A DNA stretch of 64,000 bases from an uncultured Clostridia bacterium (GTDB lineage Bacteria; Bacillota; Clostridia; Christensenellales; UBA1242), in NCBI GenBank assembly GCA_944381215.1, contig CALWKF010000002.1:55174-119173 (forward strand), given 5' to 3'. The notes under the pieces were generated by a model that saw only the letters and a program-made list of their open reading frames with translations, was not told where the DNA came from and searched no databases. Of this stretch, positions 18,319 to 26,761 are shown one piece after another. Positions within the stretch are counted from its first letter, which is position 1, and every line of letters begins with the position of its first letter. Both the position numbers and the translations under genes were made by a program.

Positions 18319-18347
18319 ATTCTACCATATTTGGCATAAAATAACAA
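18319..18347 (-). promoter_or_regulatory. Candidate promoter for the CBS-ileS-rluA-like operon
   Basis: TTGTTA - 17 nt - (TGg)TAGAAT on the minus strand. Confidence 0.45.
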
Positions 18348-18392
18348 TAATTTACGGCTATTTTAATAAAATAAAAAGGGAATAATGATTCC

Positions 18393-18956
18393 CTATTTTT
18401 GCATTTCCTCAAAATAAGCCTTTATATTCTCGTCGCGTTCTTCCTTTGTTTTGTGAGCACTAGCTAACTCTTCTTTAAGTTTATCGCGCTCACTCCTTAA
18501 TTTTTCTCTGGTCTCATAATATTCATCAATATTCTGCTCTAGCGCGTCATCGATTGCCCCAGCGAGTGTATGTACAAGAAATGAGCGAATTTCGCTAAAT
18601 TTCCCATCAATAACTTTGCACGCATCTATAAATTTCATTTTCCTGCCCCCATCATTTACTGGAGAATAACATACATTAACTTCGTTCTCCAAGAGACTGT
18701 CTATGCCAACATCCTTTTCTCTAGACCGATAGAGTGAGTCCCAAAAGGCTTCAATAGCATCGTCAAGCGCATCCTCTAAAATCTCCGTGTGCAAATCGGT
18801 CCTACCAATATAACTAGGGATTTTTTCTACTTCTCGAATCGCGTCATTATAGTCTTCAATACGTTCCTTAACTGCCTCGCGATACTCGGGGTTATCATAT
18901 CTACGCAAAGCCTTTTCCTTTTCGACTTCTTTGTTTAATTTTTCATACTTTTTCAT
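18393..18956 (-). CDS. Hypothetical acidic coiled-coil protein
   Basis: 187-aa ORF with coding-like composition and a terminator hairpin (AGGGAATcattATTCCCT plus a T-run) at its end. Confidence 0.5.
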   Translation of the reverse strand: MKKYEKLNKEVEKEKALRRYDNPEYREAVKERIEDYNDAIREVEKIPSYIGRTDLHTEILEDALDDAIEAFWDSLYRSREKDVGIDSLLENEVNVCYSPVNDGGRKMKFIDACKVIDGKFSEIRSFLVHTLAGAIDDALEQNIDEYYETREKLRSERDKLKEELASAHKTKEERDENIKAYFEEMQK

Positions 18957-19055
18957 TTTTTCGCTTTCCTTTATTTAATATATAAATTATTATAGTATAA
19001 ATACAAGTCTTTGTCAAGAATCTTGCGAAATCAAAATTATTTTTTTGTAGATTGC

Positions 19056-19084
19056 TTGATTTTTTAAAAACTTTGTGGTAAACT
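19056..19084 (+). promoter_or_regulatory. Promoter of SRP RNA
   Basis: TTGATT - 17 nt - (TGg)TAAACT, with the start about 7 nt downstream. Confidence 0.55.
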
Positions 19085-19090
19085 AATTTT

Positions 19091-19360
19091 ACTGTGCTAG
19101 ACGGGGAGCTAGCGGTGCCCTGTACCTGCAAACCGCTTTAGCAGGGTCGAATGCCTTTCTCGGTGGTGCGTTAGGTTTGGCACGTGTTTAGTATTTTGTG
19201 ATGAACGTTAAGGTCTTGTGCAATACTGCCCTACGAACCGTGTCAGGTGCGGAAGCAAGCAGCACTAAGGAGTGTGCAGTATGTGCCATAAGGTCGCCTT
19301 GCGGGAGCATTTTACTAGATGACGACCAAGTCTTTCCCCAACAAAAAAGGTTGCACAGTA
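19091..19360 (+). ncRNA. ffs: Signal recognition particle RNA, long Bacillus type with Alu domain (about 270 nt)
   Basis: GTCAGGTGCGGAAGCAAGCAGCAC matches the domain IV motif GUCAGGUCCGGAAGGAAGCAGC. AGCGGTGCCCTGTACCTGCAAACCGCTTTAGCAGGGTCGAATGCC closely matches the B. subtilis scRNA Alu-domain sequence as I recall it. The 5' ACTGTGC pairs with the 3' GCACAGT. Confidence 0.82.
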
Positions 19361-19385
19361 ATTTGTATATAACCTTATTTATATA

Positions 19386-19414
19386 AAAATCTACAGGTAT
19401 CCTGTAGATTTTTG
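19386..19414 (+). terminator. Terminator after SRP RNA
   Basis: AAAATCTACAGG-tat-CCTGTAGATTTT followed by T residues. Confidence 0.7.
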
Positions 19415-19460
19415 CTTTATAGTCGCAAATTTTTGCTACTTACCTACATTTTTTATAATA

Positions 19461-19497
19461 AACCGCAAGTAAAATTTTCATAAACTTGCGGTTTTTT
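19461..19497. terminator. Hairpin terminator between SRP RNA and the convergent CYTH gene
   Basis: AACCGCAAGT ... ACTTGCGGTT followed by TTTT. Confidence 0.55.
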
Positions 19498-19498
19498 G

Positions 19499-19972
19499 TT
19501 AGATGCTATATTTCTTGATAGATTCAAAAACAGCGTCAACGCGGTCCTTGTCCCCTTCAATTCCTACAACTAGTGCGCTATAAGGGCTAGAATATTCGTC
19601 GAGTTCAAATTCTACGCCCTTGGTTTTATAAACTGTGCGAGTGCGAATCATCGTGTTGTCTTTTTTATAGTTTAGGAAATCTAAAATTGATGCAACTGCC
19701 TCATCGTCGGTAAAATCAATCGCCTGCGACTCTTTTAATTCCTTTAACACCTCACCCTCGACCCAATTGTCTTGCTTAAAATCGAGCTGTTTTGTGATTT
19801 TGTCGTCGGCTTCGTTGATAGTAATGCGCGCCATTGTCTTGTTTGGGTTGCGGTAAATTGTGCGAGTTTGCTTTGATTTTGATACAAAATCGTAATTATT
19901 CTTTTTACAATACTCTTCTATCGGCTCAAAGGAATTCACCTTAAATGAATATTCGTATTCAGTGTTACTCAT
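19499..19972 (-). CDS. CYTH domain protein (triphosphatase / class IV adenylate cyclase fold)
   Basis: The N-terminal EYEYSFKV follows the ExExK pattern, and VEFELDEY...VVGIEG occurs near the C-terminus. Length is 157 aa. Confidence 0.55.
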   Translation of the reverse strand: MSNTEYEYSFKVNSFEPIEEYCKKNNYDFVSKSKQTRTIYRNPNKTMARITINEADDKITKQLDFKQDNWVEGEVLKELKESQAIDFTDDEAVASILDFLNYKKDNTMIRTRTVYKTKGVEFELDEYSSPYSALVVGIEGDKDRVDAVFESIKKYSI

Positions 19973-19988
19973 AATTTACCACCTGTCT

Positions 19989-20186
19989 CTATCTTTCGTT
20001 TTCCATTACTTTTTTAAAAATTTTATATGACAGCCCGAGGCCTGCAAGGCAAACCGAGGTCCCAAGCACTCCTAGATAAAGATTGCCACTTTCCGCCCCC
20101 GCGCGCAATGCCGTAAACCCCGAAGTTAGAGTAATAAATAGCGTAGTGCCACAGAGCAGAGTGTTTTTAAATTCAAACTCATCCAT
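19989..20186 (-). CDS. Small hydrophobic protein
   Basis: 65 aa with two predicted TM segments. It starts 2 nt after the HIT gene stop. Confidence 0.4.
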   Translation of the reverse strand: MDEFEFKNTLLCGTTLFITLTSGFTALRAGAESGNLYLGVLGTSVCLAGLGLSYKIFKKVMENER

Positions 20187-20187
20187 T

Positions 20188-20532
20188 CTACATCTCCAAG
20201 CGCTCGCCCGCTAGAATGTGAATGTGTAGGTGCATAACCTCCTGCCCTGCATCGTTTCCACTCTCGCCTTTTTGATTTATAATGAGCCTGTATCCGTTTT
20301 CAAGCCCTAATTTACTCGAAAGTATTGGAATTTTTCCTAAAATTCGACCAAGCATCATAGAGTCCGCCTCGTCCATTTCGGCGAGCGTTGCAAAGTGCTT
20401 TTTTGGAACGGCTAAGTAGTGCAGTTTTGCCTTTGGGTTAAGGTCGGGGAAAATTACAAAGTCCTCATCGTCGTAAACGATGTTACTCTTAATCTCCCCG
20501 CTAATAATTTTACAAAATACACAATTTTCCAT
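20188..20532 (-). CDS. HIT family (histidine triad) protein
   Basis: CVFCKII... and the histidine triad HLHIHIL are present. Confidence 0.9.
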   Translation of the reverse strand: MENCVFCKIISGEIKSNIVYDDEDFVIFPDLNPKAKLHYLAVPKKHFATLAEMDEADSMMLGRILGKIPILSSKLGLENGYRLIINQKGESGNDAGQEVMHLHIHILAGERLEM

Positions 20533-20559
20533 ATATTTTACTCCTTTTTAATCGCTTTT

Positions 20560-20838
20560 TTAGTTTTCCCAGCCACGACTTTCAAATTCATCATCGAGCA
20601 TTGCAATTTCATAACCGATGTCGTCGATGACCGCTTGGATTTCGGCCTTAACCTCATCGCTAAAACTTAGCACCAAAGTCATGTCCTTTAAAAGTGCTTT
20701 TTGTTCTTTGTAAAAGTCATCGATTTTGTCGAACTCGGCAAGGGCGACCTCGGGCTCTTTAATTTCCTTTACACGGTTGATTTCGCTTTTTAACGCCTTC
20801 AATTTTTCTAAAATTTGTTCATAACCTAATATTTCCAT
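20560..20838 (-). CDS. Hypothetical helical protein
   Basis: Start MEILGYEQ at 20838 is preceded by an AAGGAGGAAG RBS. The track ORF extends to 20886. Confidence 0.5.
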   Translation of the reverse strand: MEILGYEQILEKLKALKSEINRVKEIKEPEVALAEFDKIDDFYKEQKALLKDMTLVLSFSDEVKAEIQAVIDDIGYEIAMLDDEFESRGWEN

Positions 20839-20900
20839 AACTTCCTCCTTAATCAATTTTATCAGTTGATAAAATAATACCGCCAAACTCTAAAATAATT

Positions 20901-22184
20901 TTATTCATCTTTTATAATTTCGACTACATCGCCTTTTACGCCGTCGAGGTAGGGCTTGCCCATACGCACGTTTGCGAGTGTATTTTCGGGCACTTGACCT
21001 ATGGGAATGTAGACTTTAGTATAATTGCGGGCGTGTCCTACTATGTAGCCGTCCTTTTCCTGTTCAGTTAGCACCTCGTAAATCATGCCGTGCTCGCGCT
21101 CCAAAAAGGCAAGTTTTAACTCGTTTCGAAGTTTACTAAGTTCCGCTACACGTTTCTTTACAGTATCGCCGTCTACCTGTTGCATTTCAGCGGCAACGGT
21201 GCCTTCCCTCTTCGAATACGGGAAAATGTGGATGTCTGCAAAGCCAATTTCGCGAATGTTTTTCATAGTCTCGGCAAAATCTTCGTCAGTTTCTTCGGGA
21301 AAGCCCACAATTATATCTGTGGTGATTCCAGCGCGTGGAAATGCCGCACGCAACATAGCGACCTTTTTCTTAAACTCGGCGACTGTGTAACGCCTGTTCA
21401 TTGCTTTTAGAGTTTTATCGCACGCGGACTGCATACTAAGGTGGAAGTGGTCGCAGAAGTTTGTCATCGAGGTCAGCACCTTGATTAAATCGGGGGTAAC
21501 TACATTTGCCTCCAGAGAACTTAGGCGGATGCGGGCATTGATCGTGCTAAGAGAGCCTAAAAGGGCTGGTAAATCAGACTTTATGTCCTGGCCCCAAGCA
21601 CTAAGATTTATGCCAGTTAAGACGATTTCGTGGTGGGACTTTGCCAGTCTAAACACTTCGACTATGATACTCTCGAGGTCGCGGCTACGGCTGTGCCCGC
21701 GCACATACGGAATAAGACAGTAACTGCAATAGTTGTCGCAACCGTCCTGAATCTTAACATAGGCGCGAGTACGCTTTGTAGTTGAGGTTATGTGCGAGTC
21801 ATCCTCCTCAAAATACTCGTACTCGCAAGCGGGCTCGACCACGTAATCGCCTTTTTGGTCAAGTAGGTCGGGTATCCAAATTTTGCCCGAAGTACCTACT
21901 ACAACCGTAACATTCGGCTTGTCTAAAAACTGGCTCGAGTCGTTTTGGCTGGCGCACCCGCACACGATAATGCGGGCGTTTGGCGACAGTTTTTCGAGTT
22001 TCGAAATCATTTGTCTTGATTTGCGCTCTGCCTCGTTTGTGACCGCGCAAGTAGATAAGATAAACACATCGGCGGGCTCTAGCTCTGTACTCACCTCGTA
22101 CCCACGACTCCGTAAAGTGCGCGCGATTTGGTCGGCTTCGTACTGATTGACTTTACATCCTAATGTTAAAAACGAAATTTTCAT
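20901..22184 (-). CDS. mtaB: tRNA (N6-threonylcarbamoyladenosine) methylthiotransferase MtaB (YqeV-like)
   Basis: UPF0004 N-terminus LGCKVNQYE, radical SAM motif CDNYCSYC and a TRAM C-terminus. It sits downstream of rsmE as in the B. subtilis dnaK locus. Confidence 0.85.
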   Translation of the reverse strand: MKISFLTLGCKVNQYEADQIARTLRSRGYEVSTELEPADVFILSTCAVTNEAERKSRQMISKLEKLSPNARIIVCGCASQNDSSQFLDKPNVTVVVGTSGKIWIPDLLDQKGDYVVEPACEYEYFEEDDSHITSTTKRTRAYVKIQDGCDNYCSYCLIPYVRGHSRSRDLESIIVEVFRLAKSHHEIVLTGINLSAWGQDIKSDLPALLGSLSTINARIRLSSLEANVVTPDLIKVLTSMTNFCDHFHLSMQSACDKTLKAMNRRYTVAEFKKKVAMLRAAFPRAGITTDIIVGFPEETDEDFAETMKNIREIGFADIHIFPYSKREGTVAAEMQQVDGDTVKKRVAELSKLRNELKLAFLEREHGMIYEVLTEQEKDGYIVGHARNYTKVYIPIGQVPENTLANVRMGKPYLDGVKGDVVEIIKDE

Positions 22185-22308
22185 ATGTATTTTTTCCTTT
22201 TAATCTTCTTTAAAATCTTTTATTTAACGATTGTTCCGCATTAAATTTTTACTTTTTTTAAAACTTCGAGTGATATAAAAAACCGAGCATTTAAAAATCA
22301 ATTATGCT

Positions 22309-23046
22309 TTACTTCCCCTTTCCCCAGGCGTCGAATTGATATAAAAGTGCACTGGTGAGGGCAACGGCGGCGGTTTCTGCACGAAGGATGTTGTCGCCCA
22401 AACTAATTACTTTTGCGCCCACATTTTCTAGGCTCGCGATTTCAGTTTCGTCAAAACCGCCTTCGCTACCAACAATTATTGCGGTGTCGCGAGTATTGTC
22501 GAGGGCGGATAAAACCTCTTTTGCGCTGGCGGTGCTATGCTCGTAGGCAACAATTATTTGAGAGTAACTCTTTAAATTTTCGAGCATTTTGTCAAAAGCA
22601 AGTGTTTCGGAAATTTCGGGAAGCCTAACTCGTCCCGATTGCTTGCTAGCGGACAAGGCAATTCGGGAGAGCCTTTCACGCTTGTTGCCCTTGTCCTTTG
22701 CAGTACAAAATTTGCTCTCAAAAGGGATAATCGCGTCAATGCCGAGTTCGGTTACCTTTTCAATGGCTATGTCCATGCGCTCAGACTTTGTTAGTGCCAT
22801 AAAAAGCGCAATTTTATTTTCACGCTCGGGAGCAACCACGATGTTTTTTATTTTGGCGAGCGATTCCTTTTTGCCGACTTCAAGCAATTCACACTCGTAA
22901 ACATTGCCGTCATTTAGGCAAATGTCTACCCTGTCGCCTGGCTTTAATCGAAGCACCGCACTTAGGTGCACATTCTCGCCTTCTGTAATTAAAATTGTAT
23001 CGTCCGACCTATTCACAGGCAAGACGAAAAAACGCGGGTACTGCAT
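22309..23046 (-). CDS. rsmE: 16S rRNA (uracil1498-N3)-methyltransferase RsmE
   Basis: PUA-like N-terminus (PRFFV..., HLSAVLRLKPGD) and a SPOUT C-terminus (IIVGSEGGF..E........LG..ILRAETA). Confidence 0.88.
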   Translation of the reverse strand: MQYPRFFVLPVNRSDDTILITEGENVHLSAVLRLKPGDRVDICLNDGNVYECELLEVGKKESLAKIKNIVVAPERENKIALFMALTKSERMDIAIEKVTELGIDAIIPFESKFCTAKDKGNKRERLSRIALSASKQSGRVRLPEISETLAFDKMLENLKSYSQIIVAYEHSTASAKEVLSALDNTRDTAIIVGSEGGFDETEIASLENVGAKVISLGDNILRAETAAVALTSALLYQFDAWGKGK

Positions 23047-23340
23047 AACTTTCCTCCTATTAAATTATAGCACAATGCAATCTTAAAATCAATCTTCATA
23101 TATAAAAAACTTGATTGTAAAATACTTTTAATTTACCAGCATTTTGCTTGTATTTTTAAAAATTTAATAAAAATTCGTATTTTTTGCACGGTTTTAGCAG
23201 TACTATGCAATAGTTTTCAATATTAAGTTGGCTTTTAAATTAATAATGTCTACCACAAAATTAAATAAAACAGTTATAAATTTACTCAAAAAAGTAACTA
23301 ATAGTTATTCCATTATCTAATTAAAAAGAAAAAGAGCAGG

Positions 23341-23568
23341 TTATCTTCTGCCGTGCTCTCTTTCATATTCCTCTTCGATACGCTTCTGCATATAGTACTC
23401 TTTTTTCATTTGTTCGTATCTTTGTTGATCTTCCTTTTCCTGATCCTTTTTCTTGTAATATGCTGTGATGTTGCTCATAATTGGCATTCCTGGACCGAAT
23501 GATTCGGCAAACTCCCTTACCTTCTTTTCACCCTCTAAAATTGTCCAAATGTTTTTAATTGCTCCCAT
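23341..23568 (-). CDS. Hypothetical small charged protein
   Basis: 75 aa, preceded by a TTGACA-17-TATACT promoter and an AAAGGGGTATAAAA RBS region. It lies in the AT-rich islet. Confidence 0.45.
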   Translation of the reverse strand: MGAIKNIWTILEGEKKVREFAESFGPGMPIMSNITAYYKKKDQEKEDQQRYEQMKKEYYMQKRIEEEYEREHGRR

Positions 23569-23774
23569 TTTTATACCCCTTTATTTTTATATAATAAGTA
23601 TATCACAAATTTAATTATTTGTCAAGTTTTTATACTATGCAAGGTACTATGCATATCTATTTTGCGAATAGTTAGTATTTAAAAATCTAATAAAAGTACT
23701 ATGCAAATATATTTTATAAAAACTTTGAAAATTTTTTATAAAAATGTTAGTTTTTAATCAATTTTTTTAAAAAA

Positions 23775-23808
23775 AAGCAAAAAGAGGCAAAGTGGTTGCC
23801 TCTTTTTA
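23775..23808 (-). terminator. Rho-independent terminator of the 556-aa gene
   Basis: AGAGGCAA-agtgg-TTGCCTCT flanked by A and T runs. Confidence 0.6.
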
Positions 23809-23816
23809 GAGTGAGA

Positions 23817-25487
23817 TTATTCATCTAGCTCATTAATCTTTTGCATTAAAGTATTACCATCCCACAAAATTACATCGTTTGCTTTTGCCAACTCACGTGC
23901 AGCTTTTGTAAAAGAGCTGTTTGTGATAACCATACATTTTTGTGCTTTATAATATTTTTTGCCTGTTACAACTTCTTGAATAGCTTTATTGCCAACTGAA
24001 TTTTGAAAGAAATGCTTAACTTGAATAGCTATCTTCTCTCCAGCCTTTTCTGCTACTACGTCTACTCCTTGGTCACCTGATTTTTTTGTCTTATATGAAT
24101 TATATCCCATTTTCTTAAATAGATCTGCTATAAATTGTTCAAAATCAAATGGCGACATTAAATCAAGGTCTATTTTTGAGAATTTTCCATCCTCATCAGT
24201 TTCTGCCTCTAACTCATATAAATAATTTTTTCGTTCTTGCGCTTCGCGCAAATTTTCTAAAATAGTTGAGTTTTTTATAGTATCCACTTCATTTAAAACT
24301 ATTGTTTGATCATTTTTATTGTTATAATAACCATCATAATACATAACAATATCTTCATTTGCCATATTTATATTATACTTAAAGATTTCTTTTGCGTAGT
24401 AATATAAATCTTTATTTTCAATCAAATTTAACCGATCAATATAGTCTTTATAGAATTTTTCAGACAATAAAACATTTCTTTCTTGAAACATTAAATAGAA
24501 TAAAGCAAATTTTTCTACAAAAGTATCCAATATAAAATTGGATTCGGTCAATGATAAAACAAACTTATCAAATTCGGCTTGGGAAACATTTTCAGAAAAA
24601 TTTAAACTATTTAAATAACTATTATTAAAAAATAATTCATTAAAGTATTTTTCCCGAGCTTGACAAAGTTTTATAAGATATTGAATAATTAAAGAGTTTT
24701 CGTTAGTTTCTATATTGTCAAGCAATTTATCTGCACAAAAATTAATTTTTGAAGAGTATTCACTAGGAATATATAACAAAAAGTTAAAACGATCATATAA
24801 AAAGAAATCATTTCTTTTTAAAAAACTTTTTATGAAATTATGAATTCTTTTTTCATTTTTTATATTAGAATATGATTCAATGATGTCTAAAAAAAGTTTG
24901 GATATCTCATTAATTTCTTCTAATGTAAGTCCATCATTTTGAGTGCATACTGTAGATTTCGGTTCTGAAATTATATTACTGCTAGATACTGGTGTTCGTG
25001 ATATATTTGAGAAGTCATTAAAAAATAATTCATTGTACTCAGATTCATCAATTAAGATTCGGCGATTTCCGTTTGTTGAGTTAGGTACCGAAATAAACCC
25101 ATGTCGTTCCATTTGATCTATTATACGCGCTGCACGCGCATAACCCACTTGATAACGGCTTTGAATAGCCGAAATCGACCCAGTCCCCGTTTTGATAAAC
25201 TCAAGCAATGCCTTTGGTAAAATCGGGTCTAATTCTTCATCTCGCTCAACATCTTTACTTTCTATACCCCTTGAGCAAGATTTATAATTATTACTTTGCA
25301 TAAAGTTATCACTCCTCCCACTTGCTAATTTTGAAACATTTTGATTATAATTATTTAAATGATTATTTGTCCTATTTATATTTATATCAGAAAATAACTT
25401 TTTACATATATAATAAATTATATAAATAGGGAGAATAAAGATTAAAAAAACAAATAAAAAATCACCTGAACCCTTTTTCATAAACAC
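23817..25487 (-). CDS. Membrane-anchored protein with an FtsK-gamma winged-helix domain and a C-terminal Mrr-like restriction endonuclease domain
   Basis: N-terminal TM helix (FLFVFLIFILPIYIIYYI). FtsK gamma-like segment SISAIQSRYQVGYARAARIIDQMERHGFIS. C-terminal Mrr_cat-like FEQFIADLFKKMGY...GDQGVDVVAEKAGEKIAIQVKHF...KAIQEV. The roughly 270-aa middle region is AT-rich and unrecognised. Confidence 0.7.
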   Translation of the reverse strand: MFMKKGSGDFLFVFLIFILPIYIIYYICKKLFSDININRTNNHLNNYNQNVSKLASGRSDNFMQSNNYKSCSRGIESKDVERDEELDPILPKALLEFIKTGTGSISAIQSRYQVGYARAARIIDQMERHGFISVPNSTNGNRRILIDESEYNELFFNDFSNISRTPVSSSNIISEPKSTVCTQNDGLTLEEINEISKLFLDIIESYSNIKNEKRIHNFIKSFLKRNDFFLYDRFNFLLYIPSEYSSKINFCADKLLDNIETNENSLIIQYLIKLCQAREKYFNELFFNNSYLNSLNFSENVSQAEFDKFVLSLTESNFILDTFVEKFALFYLMFQERNVLLSEKFYKDYIDRLNLIENKDLYYYAKEIFKYNINMANEDIVMYYDGYYNNKNDQTIVLNEVDTIKNSTILENLREAQERKNYLYELEAETDEDGKFSKIDLDLMSPFDFEQFIADLFKKMGYNSYKTKKSGDQGVDVVAEKAGEKIAIQVKHFFQNSVGNKAIQEVVTGKKYYKAQKCMVITNSSFTKAARELAKANDVILWDGNTLMQKINELDE

Positions 25488-25592
25488 CTCTTAATAATTA
25501 TCAGTTTATCACAACAACAAAATAAAATCAAGACCTAATAAACTAATTCGTTTATATTGATTTTAAAATTTTTAAGAAAAATTGAAAATATG

Positions 25593-25618
25593 AAAAAAGC
25601 GAGTAAATCTCGCTTTTT
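25593..25618 (-). terminator. Rho-independent terminator of the dnaK operon
   Basis: AAAGCGAG-taaat-CTCGCTTT plus a T-run on the minus strand, right after the dnaJ stop. Confidence 0.65.
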
Positions 25619-26750
25619 AGAGTGATTTGAGTTGTTTGTTGTAGTTGTTGAATTTGTCGAATTTATCTGTTGGGAAGTTAGATTCGAGTAGGTCGCGTAG
25701 TTCTTTTTTATTCTTACCCGTTTTGGGGAGTTCCACGCGCACGGTAATCAGCATATCGCCATAGCCGTTTTTGTTTAGTTGCTTGATACCTTTGCCTTTT
25801 AGCTTTAAAATAGTACCGCTCTGCGTGTTTTCGGGAATGTTTAATTCAAGTTTCCCCTCAAGGCTGGGAATTAAGACTTTACCACCGAACATGGCCATTG
25901 TAAAGGGTATTGGAACATCGAGCAACACATCGAAGCCATCGCGTCTAAGTAGCGGGTGTTTGGTAATCGAGATATTTACGAGCAAGTCACCAGCAGGACC
26001 TCCGCGGGTCCCCGCTTCGCCGTAACCCCTTGCAATCACGGTCTGCCCGTCGTCAATACCAGCGGGAATATTAATCGAAGTGGTACGCTGACCGCGCTTT
26101 ACCCCAGCACCGCCACAAGTGGTACAACGCTCAGTAATTTTCCTACCAGTACCATTACATTCTTTACAGATGCCAGTGTTCACGACACGGCCAAAAATTG
26201 TGTTTTGGGTGTAGTTGACTTGCCCTGTACCGTTACAGGTTTTACAGGTCGTGTACTCGGTGCCGTTCTTTGCGCCAGTACCGTGGCAGTCGCTACATTC
26301 TTGGGTGCAGGTGTAAGTTATGTCACGCTTGACACCCTTTGCGGCCTCTTCAAATGTAAGGGTAACTTTGACACTAATGTCGCGCCCTGGGACCGCGTAG
26401 TTTGCTTGCGTTGCGCCACCAAAGCCACCAAAAATGTCGCCAAAGATATCGCCGAAGTTAAAGCCGAAGCCCCCAGTGCTCCCTGCCCTATTGCCACCGA
26501 AATAATCGCCAGCATTTGGGCCGTTTGCACTACCGAATTGGTCGTAGTTCGCCTTTTTCTGCGGGTCGCCTAATACTTCGTACGCCTCATTAATTTCCTT
26601 GAATTTCGCTGCGGCTTCGGGGTTGTCTTTATTTAGGTCGGGGTGATATTTTTTCGCTAATTTGCGATAAGCGGACTTGATTTCGTCCGCGCTCGCATTT
26701 TTATCCACCCCTAACGTTTCATAATAATTTTGTGCCAATTTTATCTCCAA
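25617..26750 (-). CDS. dnaJ: Molecular chaperone DnaJ
   Basis: J domain with HPD (KYHPDLN), a G/F-rich region and four CxxCxGxG zinc-finger repeats. Confidence 0.96.
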   Translation of the reverse strand: MEIKLAQNYYETLGVDKNASADEIKSAYRKLAKKYHPDLNKDNPEAAAKFKEINEAYEVLGDPQKKANYDQFGSANGPNAGDYFGGNRAGSTGGFGFNFGDIFGDIFGGFGGATQANYAVPGRDISVKVTLTFEEAAKGVKRDITYTCTQECSDCHGTGAKNGTEYTTCKTCNGTGQVNYTQNTIFGRVVNTGICKECNGTGRKITERCTTCGGAGVKRGQRTTSINIPAGIDDGQTVIARGYGEAGTRGGPAGDLLVNISITKHPLLRRDGFDVLLDVPIPFTMAMFGGKVLIPSLEGKLELNIPENTQSGTILKLKGKGIKQLNKNGYGDMLITVRVELPKTGKNKKELRDLLESNFPTDKFDKFNNYNKQLKSL

Positions 26751-26761
26751 AAGTTAATTTT

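Noticed and set aside
19198-19386. 62-aa ORF on the plus strand.
   Set aside because: It falls inside the SRP RNA gene, covering the domain IV motif and 3' helix, and has no RBS.
25956-26573. 205-aa ORF antisense to dnaJ, plus similar long antisense ORFs in dnaK (27741..28205), the AI-2E transporter gene (37996..38529, 38596..39222) and tuf/fusA.
   Set aside because: These are shadow ORFs opposite highly conserved genes. Their composition is low-complexity Ser/Thr/Ala/Pro-rich and they have no RBS.
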